The notes under the pieces were generated by a model. That model did not search any database, was not told the origin of the DNA, and saw only the letters and a list, made by a program, of their open reading frames with translations. From the human T2T-CHM13v2.0 reference genome, Homo sapiens: a DNA stretch of 64,000 nucleotides. The number at the start of each line of letters is the position of its first letter. The stretch's first letter is position 1. Where the stretch lies: the NCBI RefSeq assembly GCF_009914755.1, contig NC_060926.1. One strand, written 5' to 3'. Both the position numbers and the translations under genes were made by a program. This document shows positions 25,820 to 44,176 of this stretch, one piece after another.

Positions 25820-27780
25820 TCTATGATTTTGTATTCATAGTTTTGATATTTTGAACAGTATAGGCAAGTTATTTTGTGGAATATTCTTTGAACGTTTTAA
25901 CGTCTGATTTTTCCTTATGAGTGGATTTGTTTAGACATGTTGGTAGGCATTCCAATAAAAACTGATGCCGTTTTCTTCTCAGTGAATTTAATTAGGAGGT
26001 ACACATTGTTGGTTTGTCCTGCCGCCAGTGATGTTGACTTTGATCCTTAGTTAAGATGGTGTTTACCAGGATTCTCCACTGTGAAGTTACCAGCTTTCCC
26101 TTTGTAATTAATGGATGACTTTCAGAGCATGTACATATCCTGCTCCTCATCAAACACCCATTAGTTCTTGTATATACTGTAGCTTTGTCTAAAGTTATAA
26201 TTGTAAGATGGTTGCCATGGAGACAGATAATTTTCCAGCTCCATCCTTTATTTTACATTTATAGTTGCCTTTATACTGTAAAGAAAAGCTTTGCCATCTT
26301 CCCCATTTTTTTATTTATTCCTAATTTTTATCCAAATGGACACGTGTTTTCATTTCATTGAATTATTTATAAGCCATTATAGTCATTATCCGCTTTAATG
26401 AGCAACTATCCAAATTTGGCCAATGAGAGTTCCTTCAATCTGGCTATAAATCCTTCTGATGTGCCCCGTCATTCTTGAGATATTTCCTATTTCTGACCCA
26501 GAAGAAGATATTCAAAGTGACTGTGGACATTCCTTGTCCTAGACCTGAAATCAGCCATTTCCCAAGGAGCCCAGGTTCCTTTTCATGGAGAAGAGTATTT
26601 AGAAACCAACATGTGGGCTTCTGATGTCCTCCTTGCTTTGTGTGCCACTGTTTCTAGGCTCAGTGGAGCTAGGAAGAATTAATAGATGGAGAGATGAAAA
26701 TATTTTGACTTCTCCATATATTTATCTCTAATTGTCTAAAACCTTGTCTACATTTCAATATCTCCAATTCCAATCAAACGCCATAGGATTCACTATACTT
26801 TTATTCGTTTTTCATATTTGTAAGCCCCTCAACCCTGGGAGATCTGATCCCTGTTACATTCATTATACTTTGTTTTTTACTTAAATCTATCAGAAACAGA
26901 AGGTAGTTTCGGAACTGCTAACTCATAGTACTGGATAAAGAAACCTAATAACATGAATACAAGAGTTTGGGGTTCGTCCACAGCTAATTTTGTTTGCAGT
27001 CTGAGGGTATATAGTCAAAGCACTTCCCTTAAAAGCTACTTAAGTTATAACTGATTTTTTTCAGAGTAGTTATGATATTTGTTTGAAATTAAGTTATGCC
27101 ATTTTCTTTTGTTTGAATTCCATTTATTTCGTTTTAGGATTTTTCTTCTTCCCAATGCTTAATGATTTTATTTTATACTGTAGAATGTGTAAACATTAAC
27201 TTTGCATTCTAAGTCAAAACTATACAAAAATATAACCAAAGAAGGATGCTGCCTGCACTTTCAACATTTCTACTCCATTCCTGTTTACCTTTCATAGGTC
27301 AGAAATCTCATAAACATATGGCTTAATTTTACAGTGTTTCTTAGTAATGATATGTTCACAACACAAATATTTTTACTTATCAAATTATCTTACATAAAAT
27401 ACCATATTTTTAATTCCCTTTTAAATTTAATTTTTTTGACTTAGCAATATTTCCTGGAAATCATTCCATAACAGGTGTATGTATCAGAGTTTACTCACCC
27501 AATCTCTTACATATCGTCATTTATTTCTAATATTTGTAATGGCAGATAATGATGCAATTAATAATCTTGTGCATATGTATTTTGATATTGTTGGTGATTT
27601 GTCTTGAGAATGCATTCCTAAAAGTGACAGTACTGGGACAAATGCTTTTTGTTGTTGTTTGTTTGTTTAGTTTTGTGAGGTCTTTCTTAATTCTCCTTCA
27701 TAATAGTTATGCCAATTTGTGCACCTACCTTAAGACTTATTTGACAGTACCTGTTTTCGCAAAGCCATGCTCTGGAATGC
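25820..27780 (-). mobile_element. L1MC/ME-like 3' fragments
   Basis: tttaccaggattctccactgtgaagttac; cctagacctgaaatcagccatttcccaaggagccc resembles the L1MC4/5 3' UTR in antisense. Confidence 0.65.
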
Positions 27781-29869
27781 ATCCTTGGTGTTAAGCTTAA
27801 CTCTCTGTTCAGTTTTTCCCCTAGAATTTCTGTTATTTGAATTGGAAGTTTGGAAGAAGTGATACAATGCGTGAGCTCAGTCCACTAAAGTAATCAGAAA
27901 TGTTCATACTAAACAGAGCGCTTGGCATGTTACAGCTTTGACTGCATTATGATCACGTCCACATTGCACTCAGTAGATCTGAACCTCATCCAGGAAGAAG
28001 ATTAGGGACTGCTTGGGTTTTCATCCACTGTCTAGCATAGAGTTCTATATTGGTGTTGCACAAATATATTTATTTAACTAGCTTATTTGTTTTAAAGAGA
28101 CGGGTAATAAGCAATGGGACCCTGAGGCAAAAATAAGAAGAAAATAGACAGAGGCCATGTTTTTAAATTTTTTGCTTTTGTTTATTTTTTCTCCTTCACA
28201 ACCATAGCCGCACTCCTTCTAGATTGTACCATGCCTTTCTTTGTTTTTATAATCTTGAAAAGCAAATCAAAACCGAAACCTAAACAAGGGGTCACAAAGT
28301 GAAGGGCACTGCAAGAGCCCATGAGAAATTACCCGGCTACTTGATGAGATATTTGGATGGGAAAATGACTCCTTGATGAGTCTGAAATACAGTATGTCTC
28401 TTTTCCTGGGCTCTCCATTTCCTGCTGCCATTTCTTACATCAAGCCCCCAAGACAGGAGAGTTTCTCAGGGAATTTAAACTGACAGCTCCGTGCTGATTA
28501 GAAGCCATAGGACAGGGCATCTCCGGAATGAGATCAATGTCAGAGTGCTTTTGCCCACAGCAGCCACAGGGGGAGAACATATAAAATCAACCAGTTCTTT
28601 GACACATTGTTTATTAGAAGAAAATATAAGAGTTAGGAGTGTGAGGAAGAAAAAGGAAAGGGTTTCACATGATGTCCTAGAAAAACTTCCAGCAACGACA
28701 ATGGGAGACAGACTTTTCCCCACTCTGAACAGTGTGAATAAAGGCCTAGATATCCACATAAAAGAGCACCACAACTTGAATCTCCAGATATTCAGAAGTA
28801 CCCGGCATACAGTTAGTCTTTTGAGATTGTTTTCTGTTTCTTTCCTTCACAGCAGATTCTACCTAATTGGAGTCTTCAGGACGAAGCTTAGAATATCATC
28901 CTATTTCTACAGGTGTGCCCCAAGAATGGGCTTTTACACTTGGTTAGCCAAGTCACAGGAAAGGTGATTTAATATTTTCTAGCTCTGGGAAAGGGACTGG
29001 GCAGAACAGAACACACCTAAATTAAAAGAAAATGCTTGCCTATTTTGGACTCATTTCTTCTTCGTTATTGCCAGCCTGCTCTGCCCAAAATGAAAGTCCT
29101 CATCCAGGGTGAGAAGGAATATGCTGGTTGAGGGAGAGGTTTTTGTTTTTTGATTGGTTTCTATTTCCCTAAACTTGGCAGAGTTCTCTGAAAGACTTAA
29201 AGTTCCCCAAAATTTGTGAGTAAAGAAATATAAATTAATGCAAAATAATTTAATGGTATGGTCACCTTTTTGTGTGATATGGATAGTGATATGGAAAACT
29301 TTATTTAGAAACTTTATTCTTATGAGGAAGAAAAAAATGTAACTAACACCTCAAATACAGCTCAGTGATAACAACATTGAAACATTCAAGATTCTAGACT
29401 CAGATTTAATGTCACCTCTTCCAATAAGCCTTCCAATGACATCTGAAAGAATTGAGTACTTGCTCCTATTATTCTAGAAATCATTTTTATAATATGACCA
29501 TTTTATATAAGTCTTAAAAATGTAAAGCAACAGTATATCCTTTTAAGATATATGGGTATAGTAAATACATACAAATATGCATGTGAATGAAAAACCTCAG
29601 GGAGGCACATTGGATGAGGAAATGTGTTTTGCCAGAAATGTTCTCTAATGACTCACGTTGCACTGGAAATATGTATCTATTTATTGTCCTTCTCTTCTGT
29701 GACAGCAGAAGGACAGGGAGATTATTTTCTTCCTCTCTGGATGCTCAGGAATGAGCAACAGACTTTGCCTATAGATGTTTAAATATGCATATTGCACAAA
29801 TGAATAAGTGGATGAGTGAACACGTTAAGTCCCATGTGGGCTGATCTTGAGTATAATCCATCACCCTTA

Positions 29870-31010
<1,141 letters not shown>

Positions 31011-31834
31011 TATTATTATTAGTAATAATGGCGATGATCAGTCTCTTAACCAGGTAATTTATATACATACTCATTTAATTAATTTCATTTATAATGTTCA
31101 GCCAAACTGAATTATTAAAAGGATACTTAAAAAGATCCTTGTGGAAACTGATTTGTTTCTGACAAGGACAATCACTCTATTTATAGAGGCTAATTCTTTT
31201 ACTCACATAAAAGAAACATGGCATTGTTCTTATACAAGTAAAAAAAAAAGAGGATGTAATACAATGATTATCTGTAATTAATTCCATATGGGAAAGAAGA
31301 GCACAGTTTCCTCTCATATACAAGACATTTTTATTTTTCAGAAATTAAAAAATATGCATCCTAGCCTTAAAGTTCTGTATAAAATGTCAGTTCTAAAAGT
31401 TTTTTTTTTGTGAAGCTCTTTATTAACTGGTTTTATACTTTGAAAATTCTCTCAACGATCTCTAAGTCTGGCTTAAAACTAGGACTGGCTTCATTTCCAA
31501 CAAAAACAATAGTATTAGGGGAAAGAAACTAGGCTTTCCCGTAAAATTTCTTAATTGAAAGGAAGACAGGAGTTTCAGGAGCAGACAGAGTTTTTAGAAA
31601 GCGATATTTTGAATACAAGGAAGAAATATCCATTTCACAGACATTTAGGAGGAGCCAGCATGACATTAATATAACCCTTATTTCAGTGAAAGATAACTTA
31701 GTTCAACAAGTTTTATTTTTTAATTATTTTACTTTCAGTATTGTGGTCGAAAAGAAAGTGTTATGTGTCAATGGAAGTATCAAAGCAATATAATCCTCTC
31801 CTACCAAAAAAGGCTTCTGGTATTCCAACCAGCA

Positions 31835-32300
31835 CTCCATCAGTCAACAATATTTGTTTCTTATGTGCTTCATTAGCAAGATGCTGTGCTAGATGCTGTG
31901 GGCAATAGAGCATACTTTAAGGCACCATCCCTCCTCTCAAGGGGATGAATAAAGCAAACTTTTGATAGATAACTAAGAATACTTGGTGGTATACAATAAG
32001 TTTTCAAGAGCACAGAGGAGTGAAATTCCTCTGATAACAGAGAAGTGGTCAGAAGAGAGACTCATTGGTGGCTGAATTGTCCTGAGAACCTCAGGTTGGA
32101 GGACTGGAAGATCAGTCTTGAAGTGAGCAGGGTTAGATGGGTGATGGAGGGGGTTCCAGGAGAGAGTTCCTGGCTGGAGGAATAGGGGAACTGAGATGAA
32201 CAGAAAAAGATAATCTCAAAGAACAGTAGTCTCTTGAGGGAATGAGGAAGATGAGCAAAGAAGCAGAAACGTGTCAAGGTGTGTGAGGTTTGGAGAACCC
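31835..32300 (-). mobile_element. L2 fragment
   Basis: catcagtcaacaatatttg...gctgtgctagatgctgtggg followed by a purine-rich body. Confidence 0.5.
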
Positions 32301-34517
32301 AGAAGGAAGCCTGGCTTTTGTCCCAGGTCTCTGAACAGATATGCCTTTGCATTCTTCAGATAACTCTGTAATGTCCTTATATTCTTATCCTCCCTAAACG
32401 CCTTGCAAAACTTCTATGCTAATATTCATGACTAAAGAGGAAACATTGATAGGAGTTGCAGAAACTGACTGCACCTAGCCCACTGTTAGGGGGATGGGAA
32501 ATGATTAGCCTCTGGCAGTTATCTAGAAAGTCCAGAAATACTGACTTTTTTTGTTGATGTTCTAGATGCCAGTGTTCTGGGGTAGGTGGAGCAGGTGTTG
32601 CTGTCCACATACCTGAGCCTCAGAACTTCTTCCGGGATTATGTGACTCATAAATCCAGCAACAAGAACTGACTTTTCCTGGCTGTCATTTCAGGGTTCTT
32701 TTCAGAAAACCAAGCAGCTACTGGATACTGACCTTATTCTAAAGGCCAACAGAAGTGGAATAAGGTGCAATTTGGAATTCAATCAATATTGAAGGATGAC
32801 GGTGACCTTTGGGAAATAGGATTCAGCGATGTCTTTTTAAATTCTGTTATTTGTACATAACGCACTCTTACAGATTTTTTAAAAAATCCAATTCCACATG
32901 AAAAACTTTTACACTGAATTTATTACATTTTTAAAAATACATAAACTCAGACTTTATTTTTTATTTTTTCTTATTTCCCTTGCTGCTGCCTATAGGATCT
33001 TGCACACTTGTGGCCAGTCACTCTAAAAGCAGCAAGCATGTCTCATGGGACTACAAACAGAGAGGCATGCATTTGTATTTTTGTGGTCCTAGGACATGGG
33101 ACCAGTGCTCATGCTGTAGGGGTTTGTGCCCAGGGAGGCTTGAGGATGCCTGAGAAAAAGTGATTGGGTGTCTAAACTCCATGGCAAAATGTCGCTTCCT
33201 AAATATGCCATCTGAGTCCTTGAGAGTTGTAATTACTCATGGTGGCATTCTAGCCCTGTCCTCTTTCAGCCTTAATAAAAAAATCAACCAACAAGTAGTG
33301 AACATGAGACCTAAAATGTGCTCCTTTGCGTTGATTATTTCTTGGCAAATCATGTTTTAGAAGCTCATTAGCAGTATGTTTTATCAAAGAAATAAAAGAG
33401 TTTCACACTTTCTTTTCTCTCAATTATCCTGTGATATTTCTATTTCCTTTTGCTGATATCTCAGTGAGTAAATTTACTCCTGGACATTATTTTAACTCAT
33501 TTTGATGCAAACTGACTGAGGGATAAGTAATTGTGAATTACTGAGGTCAAGCAGGAGGTTATGCATATCGCTTTTAAATGTTACTGACACATCTACCATT
33601 TTCTTATGAGAAGTTTATTGTTGGACCATGTTTTCTTAGTACTTTTAATTAATTTACCAATTCAATGTAAGGGTCTTGGGGAGAAATATGAAATATCCTT
33701 CTTAAGAAGTAAATTTTTGATTCTTTCCTTTATAAAGTTCTCAGAAAACATTGCTCTTTATAAATGTTGGCAAGGGGCTATACACTAGGTTCTTGAATTT
33801 GAACATTAAGAAAATACTGTAGTTTGATAGTATGTTTCTTGTTTTGTTTTTGCTTTGTTGTTTTGTTTTACCTACACTTAGAGTCCTGGATTATATCTGG
33901 AAACCAAGAAGCCTGCTGTTATTTCTGTTTACCTCTCAAATTCATTGTTTTCTTAGAGCTTGGTAACCATTATCATTGTTGTGTTTTTCCTTCACTGGAA
34001 ACATCACTATCCCCGGGGATATTTGTTTATGATTTCATCCAGTGACTCCTTCCAGTGCATAAACGCTCTTAGTCAGTAGGTTGCCCTCTTCTGCTCTCAT
34101 GTGTTCGTTACTACCCTGGGCAATGGAGCTATAGACATGGAGGAAGGGAGCATACTGTGGGGCCAGAGGGCACAGGTAAGCAGACAGTACCCAGGAGTGG
34201 GAATCACCCTGGAGAGGGGTGCAGAGCCTGGCAGAGAAGAGCAGAAACACAAAGTGTAGACAGGAGGCATTCCCGTGGAGGTGAGGTGGCTGGTGTGATG
34301 GGGCTGGGAGAAGAGGAAGAATAGACAAAGCCTAACCTCAGAAAAAGATGTAATACCTGAACTGAGTCTCAAATCAGAAAGACTTCGCTCAGTAGACAAG
34401 AGAAAAGGGCAGCCCACCTAGAAAATGTAGAATATGGAAAGGTTTCAAAAGGTATTCGCTTGTTTGGGAAGCTTGTTGGCTTGAAATGATTGGATCACCC
34501 TAAACAAGTGAGCACCT

Positions 34518-37126
<2,609 letters not shown>

Positions 37127-38964
37127 ACCTTGTAGTGGTGCACCTTACACAAGCAAGAGGCAGGACAAAGCCTTGGGGGCTCAGGGACAATACAAGTCAA
37201 AGCAGGTGACCTTTACATTTTCTGTTTTCAGGGCAAGTGGCCACTCTTTTTAGGCAAACCCATGACATCGCTCTTTGTGGGCAGCCTCTGAGACTGACAG
37301 AATATTCCAGTGCGAAAGAGGTAGTGATGAGAAAGAAGGGGTGAAAGGCAGTAAAGTCAAAGAGAGAGGAAAGAAAGCTGGACTCTGGGAAGCAGAGACA
37401 TCAGAAGCAGACTGTTGGAGTAGGAAAGAAAATCTTTTCATTTGAACACAGAGGCTTATGTGAGGTCTATATTGAACACATTTTTACTTCTAATGGTACC
37501 GTGGAAGAGAAACCTGATAGGGGATGCTATGGCATTATGAGCAATGTTTCAGAGTGATTTTCTCTGGTGCCCTGGTCTTCCTCAGTCTTCTGACCTTCTG
37601 TGAACCCACCATGCTGGCCCTGTTCCTAGACCCACTCTCCTCTGCTCCATTTTGAGTTCTTTGAAGTCGGGCCTCTCCATTCATCTTGAAATCACAACCA
37701 TAAGCCTGGCTCAGAAGTTCAGAAAGTCCTCCAAGGAATTGAAAGGACATCAGGGATTCAGAAGCTAATTGAGAAAACAATTTTACACACAGGGTATTTT
37801 GACCACAAAAAAACAGACCCATTGGAAATGGGCAAGAAGGCAGCATGAGCCAAAAGACACAAATTAGGTCCAATGAGCAGAAGCAGCAAGCTGAATCTTA
37901 GACTCTGGAAAGAGGCAGGTGATCATTTGGCATCTGGAATAATAAATGTGAAAAACAAGGATGAAGGAAATACTTCAATGGGAAATAGAATGAGGGGAAT
38001 ATGTTAGAGAGTAAAGAGAGATTAAGAGAGGCAGCTCAGGTTCCTGCAGGGGTGGAGGGAAAGAAGCATCCAGACGCACCTCTGGAAATACACCAGGGGA
38101 GTCCAGACCCCCAACTTCCCACCCAAGTTTCCAACAGCAGGTTCTGTGTAACCTTCTACCCACACTTCCCTGGTGTTCGAATAATCTGGAGCTCTGTGAT
38201 CAACCTCTGGCAGGAGATGAGAAAGCCTCAGAAATAAAACGATAATGCTTCCTGCACGACTCTTTGCAGATTTTGCTACCTGGAGCCACTGCCCTCAACT
38301 TCTCTGTCCTGCCTGGAGAGTACTGAGTGAAGGTCTCTGTGCCCTAGGCTTTTAATGGTAGCAATCGTTGCAAAGAGACAGGATATTTGAGTCTTTGCTC
38401 TGGTTTCTGTCCATTGTAGGTATGAATAGGGCTTTATAATATGAACTCATAAATGCTATGATCAAATTTTAAAAAAGATTTGTCCTTCACAGGCATTAAA
38501 CATGCTGGCACAAAAATGAGCAGAAGCGTTCAAAAAACCAGATCATAAACTCAGTGCTTTCTAAAGTGGTTAAGTTTCAACAAGAGTTATATATCAAGCT
38601 ATTTTAAACATTTGTTTTATGTCCCCACCTTTTCTTTCAATTTTGCTACCATGATTTTTGTGCAAAATATGGCAGAATGGATCATCAAGCTCTCAAAAGC
38701 ATCATTAAGTAAAATGTAAAAGACAAGGTTTATCAGACTTAGTACTGAACAATATATATTGATATAAATATATATTCACTATTCCAAAACAATCTGTCTT
38801 GAGTATATCAGGGTTTTCATTTCACATTCTATGATGGGCCTTTCATCTCACTGGGTAAATCACTTATTTACTTTGATATCACTAACAAGACTATTGAGGA
38901 TCCTTAAATTTGACTGAAGAACCCACCATATTTTTTCAATGATTCATCAAAAAAGAAAAAATTA

Positions 38965-39093
38965 GGAGATATACCTAATGTTAAATGACAAGTTAATGGG
39001 TGCAGCACACCAACATGGCACATGTATATATACATGTAACAAACCTGCATGTTGTGCACATGTACCCTAAAACTTGAAGTATAATAAAAAGAA
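38965..39093 (+). mobile_element. Extremely 5'-truncated L1PA (~130 bp)
   Basis: ggagatatacctaatgttaaatgac...gtaccctaaaacttgaagtataat; 16-bp TSD aaaaaagaaaaaatta at 38949-38964 and 39094-39109. Confidence 0.93.
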
Positions 39094-39869
39094 AAAAAAG
39101 AAAAAATTAAAAGGTATAGACATTAATAAATCTGTTTGCCTTGGCTCACAGTTGAAGGGTAGGGAGTGGCTTATCATTTGTCCAAATGCTAATGCAATGA
39201 CAAGACAAGACCCACACAAGGTCTCCAGCATGAAAAAGAGATGAAAGTATAAATGATTGCAAATGTATTCATCTTGATTCAGGTATTGGGTTACTGCTTT
39301 TTTAGCTGCTGGGAGTTTCCACTTCAAGCTGGGGAGGATAAATTAAACAGATGTAGTTTGTAAAATGTAAATAAAAATCTAACCCATACAAAACTCTACA
39401 TTTCAGATTTGTTATACCCTGATGGCTCTTCAGGGGACATGTGCCTCAGTGGAAGGCAGGGCTTCAGCACCTAGGAGATAGTGAGGGCTCAACACATATC
39501 TGTTGAATGCCCTTCTCTTCTCTCCTTCTATTAATGGAAGAAAAAGTAAAATAAAAATGCATCCACCAGAATGAACTGTACATATGTTGCTTTTAGATAA
39601 AAGACCCATTATTGGTTTTAGAACCTATTTACATTTATATATGTATGTATATATTTATATAGGTAAATATATTCCATTCTACTAAATTTTAGAATCATGA
39701 AATGCATTGCAATATAGTTGAGCAATGTGAAAATATTTGGTGGCCCTATATGTCAAGCATTCTGAAAAAAGCTGTTGATTATTCTTTGAAGATTGAGTAA
39801 GACAGCAACCCTTCCCTGGAGATAGGATGAGATGAGATAAGGTATGACTTATATGCAGTCCATCCCTCT

Positions 39870-40230
39870 AAGGCAGTGATTTATGCCTTAATATGCATAG
39901 AAATCCAACCAGGGTGCTAGGAAACATGAAAGTCATCCACCTCCACCACTGGTTCCAGGTAATCCATTTCACTACATCTGGGGTTAGGCCCAGAAGTCTG
40001 CATTTTTAGTTGAAGCCTTAGGTGAAGGTGAAACCAGAGTTTTGTAACTTGGCCAGCAGTTTCCAAATCTATGTGCAATTAAAATTCTCTGGAGAACTTC
40101 ATTAAAATTTCAGTGCTTGATCCTAACACCCAAAGATCATAAAGAATTGCTTCTGATGTAATATTTTTGAAAGATACTCAGATTATTTCAAAGTGCAGTC
40201 AGGGCCCAGAAGCACTGCCTTAGAGAACCA
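39870..40230. mobile_element. MER5-like hAT-Charlie remnants, probably two
   Basis: catctggggttaggcccagaagtctgcattttt; cagcagtttccaaat...gaagcactg. Confidence 0.55.
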
Positions 40231-40254
40231 GAGGATTGAGATTAAGAAATTCTG

Positions 40255-41130
40255 GCAAATCAAAACAACAGTGAGGTATCGACTTACTCCAGTTAGAATG
40301 GCTGTTATCAAAAGTAAAAAAATATAACAATTGTTGGAGAAGATACGGAGAAAAAGGAATCCCTTATACACTGTTGGTGGGAATGTCAATTAGTACAGCC
40401 ATTATAGAAAACAGTATGGTGTCTCCTCAAAAAATTAAAACTAGAACTACCATATAATCCATCAATTCTACTACTGGGTATGTATCCAAAAGAATTAAAT
40501 CAACATGTCAAAGAGTTATCCGCACCTTCATGTTTATTTCAGCATTATTCACAACAGACAACATATGGAATCAACCTAAGTATCGATCAGTGAATGAATG
40601 GATAAAGAAATTGATAAATTTATGCAATGAAATACTATTCAGCCATAAAATAGAATCAAATCCTGCAATTTGCAATAATGTAGATCAACCTGGAGAGCAT
40701 CATGCTAAGTGAAATGAGCCAGACACAGAAAAACTAATACTGCACGATCTCACTTACATGTTAGAGTCTATAAAGCTGATCTCACAAACTTAGAGAATAG
40801 GATAGTGTTTACCAGAGACTGGGTCGGGTAAGGAGGAGGGGGAAATGGAAATAGTTTGGTCAATGGGTACTACATTACAATGATATAGGAAGAATAAGTT
40901 CTGGTGTCCTATTTCACAGTAGGGTGACTATAGTTAATGATAATGTATTAAATATTTCAAAACATCTAGAAGAGAAGATTTGGAATATTCTTACTACAAA
41001 GAAATTTTAAATATTTGAGGTGGCAGTCATGCTAATTACCCTGATTTGATCATTACACTGTGTATCCATGCATTGGAACATCATGCTATATCACAAAATA
41101 TGTACAATTACTACATATCAATTAAAAACA
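40255..41130 (+). mobile_element. L1MA (MA6-8-like) 3' end
   Basis: ccagttagaatggctgttatcaaaa...gggtgactatagttaatg...ctaattaccctgatttgatcattacac...caattaaaaa. Confidence 0.88.
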
Positions 41131-43041
41131 TAGAAAGAGTGGAATAAAAATTCGATGTGAAAAGAAAAATAACAAGGGGATTTATCTTATAATACATATT
41201 ATTATAGCATAATGGATATCTGCTGAAAATATAAGCAAAACTATTAAACAAAGTCAAATTGATGTATTTGCAAATATTGCTAATCTTTTTATATTGTTCA
41301 TGGAAACATTTTATTCAGTCAATTTTTCTAAGTCACTGACTTGAGATCCCATATTTTTGAATGCCAAATATAACATTGAAAAGAAGACAAAGAAAAAAAG
41401 ACCCTCTGGCAGATGGCTTACCTGGACAGGACCTACCTTTCCAGATGTGACCAGGCTTCTTGAATCCCAAGTAGAGAGTCAACGTCCTTGTCACCATCGC
41501 CATAGAAATCACCATCAGCAGGAGAGCAGCTACTTTTTATTCTACTTTGCCTTTTATATTCCAGGCACTTTCATGCTTTACTTAGAGATAATTTTGTTTA
41601 ATCTCAACCATAGTCTCTGGAAGACAGAAAGAAATCTTCATTTTAGACACGCATTCCAGGTGACTGCTATATATATTAACTTTGAGGGACATTCCCTCCC
41701 ACTCCTTTTTTAAAAAAACACCACTAGTGTGTGTTTTATGCCGGTGTGATCTTTCTAAAACTAAGTCTGAGGAAAGATTGCCTTGCTCTTCCCTCTCAGG
41801 GGCTACCCATCACCATGAAGTGGATCACTCTGTCCTGTCCTCAGAGACTATGGTTATGAGACTTCAGAGAGAGCATCTGTGAGTGTCTAGAAGCCAGAGG
41901 CCAGCCCACCTCTCTAGCTTCACCCAGCAGCATTCTTCCCCATCACAGAGCACACACAAACAGGCATAGGCACATAAACAAATTCGAAACTGTTTGCAGA
42001 AACACATGTACATACTGAGGCCTTCCATCATACCACCTGCTCTCTCTATGCTTTAAATTATTTCTCACAGCATCCCCTACTTTCCCTGTGGCCTCAGCTC
42101 CCTTGTCAATATTCAACCTCCTCTCACAGCCATGCTTTCCATCCATTCTGCCCAGTGTCTGGATCCCCGAAAACAGTGGCCTGCTAGGTATGAGCGGAGA
42201 GCAGGTCCCAAACAAAAGCCCAGAGGTGGAGCTTCATGTGCCGTGTTATGTATACACTTGTGTGTATATATGTATGTATGCACATGCTCATGTGTGCTGA
42301 TGCCAGTGAGGAGCACTGATTGATGAAAATGGAAAGCCTGTCTTTGGAGAAGATTGATCTCCATGAATCCACTTAACAGTAATCACAAATTCCACTGGAT
42401 AAGCAAATACTTTACTCTGACAATTGCTCTTTTCCACGTCTGATGCTGCCTGAGGCCCCGGGTAATGCGGCTTCTCACTGGCCTGGTGTTGCCTTTGTTT
42501 TGCAGGGAATATGTCCACTCCTTCTCCTAAATCTGTGATGGGAGTGGATGGCTAGGGCACAGTGGTCATGGGTTGTGAATGCTGCTCTTTTCAGGTGGAT
42601 CCTAGGATGAACATGGAGCAACGCAAGTAATGTAGTCTCGGACAATTACAGACATCAAATTGAAAGCAATATTTAGGTTCATCCAATTAACCTCCTTCTA
42701 CAAATAGAGAACCAGGTCCACCATGCTAATGGTATCATGGGACTAAGTCATGTTGCCCCCCTGCCTGCTGCACTTGTGTCCAGATAACAGGCAAGCTTTG
42801 TCCCAAAAGAGGTCCTTATTGAGGAAAGGAGATGAAAATGTTGCATTGGATCATGAGCTAATAATATTGGAATACACGCAACAGTTACTAAGTTCAAAGA
42901 TCCTAGGGCTCTCAGGTCAAGGGAGGCTGGGCCACCGGGAAAGGTGGATTTTGACTTGTTCAGATTGTTTTCTACTGTAGTAGCCAGAGTTCCTCTGCAT
43001 GTTTCCCTGTTATTCTTACACTGTTGAGTTCATGTGGTCCC

Positions 43042-43357
<316 letters not shown>

Positions 43358-43664
43358 ATGTGGTTACTTTTTATAAAAACAAACTGGTTCCCATTCCTTC
43401 TGCATATTCTGAAATATTTTATCTAAATACTCAGAGAAACTCCATTTTAAAAAAAATACTTTTCTTACTGGCTAAATGAGCTAGACTACTACTGTTTAGT
43501 AAAGGTAGCTTTATTCTTTTCAATCTTCTGGAAAAGAAAGCAAAGTATTCAGCTAGGAAAGTACATATAAATTTAAAAGGAAACAGAAATTCTATATTTT
43601 AAGGTGGGACACAGGTTGTCAAACTGTCTACTCCAATCGGAGCTCTGATCCTTTCTATTTAACT

Positions 43665-43890
43665 AATTTATTTATTTATTTATTTATTTTAGAGACAGGG
43701 TCTTGCTCTGTCACCCAGGCTGTAGTTCAGTGGCACAATCACAGCTCACTGCAGGCTCAATCTCCTGGGCTCAAGTGATTCTCTTACCTCGGCCTCCTGA
43801 ATAGCTGGAATGACAGGCGCACGACACCATACCCAGCTACTTTTTTTTTTAACGTTAGTAGAGATGAGGTCTCACTACATTGCCCAGGCT
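43665..43890 (-). mobile_element. Truncated AluJ with a (TAAA)n tail
   Basis: cacagctcactgcagg...ctgggctcaagtgatt; ends within the left arm. Confidence 0.88.
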
Positions 43891-43969
43891 TGATTCTTTA
43901 TTTTTCACACGAAATGTTGAATGTCATAAAGCCCCAGGTCTACACCAAAACACAAGATGGGTCCATCTA

Positions 43970-44176
43970 AGCCTGGGGGTTGTGGAGGCAGAGAGAAATG
44001 GGGAATGACTGTAATGGGTATAGGGATTCCTTTTGGAGTGATGAAAATTCTAAAGTTATATTGTAGTGATGTTTGCACAACTATGAGAACATATTAAAAA
44101 CTGTTAAATTCTACATTGTATATTGTTGAGCTGTATGGCATATAAATTACATCACAATAAAGCTTTTTTTTTTAAA
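43970..44176 (+). mobile_element. L1MB/ME 3' terminus
   Basis: ggggaatgactgtaatgggtatagggattccttttggagtgatgaaaattc...caataaagc. Confidence 0.8.

Noticed and set aside
28491-28967. 158-aa ORF in unique sequence
   Set aside because: Non-ATG start, no recognisable domain and no exon support; length is compatible with chance
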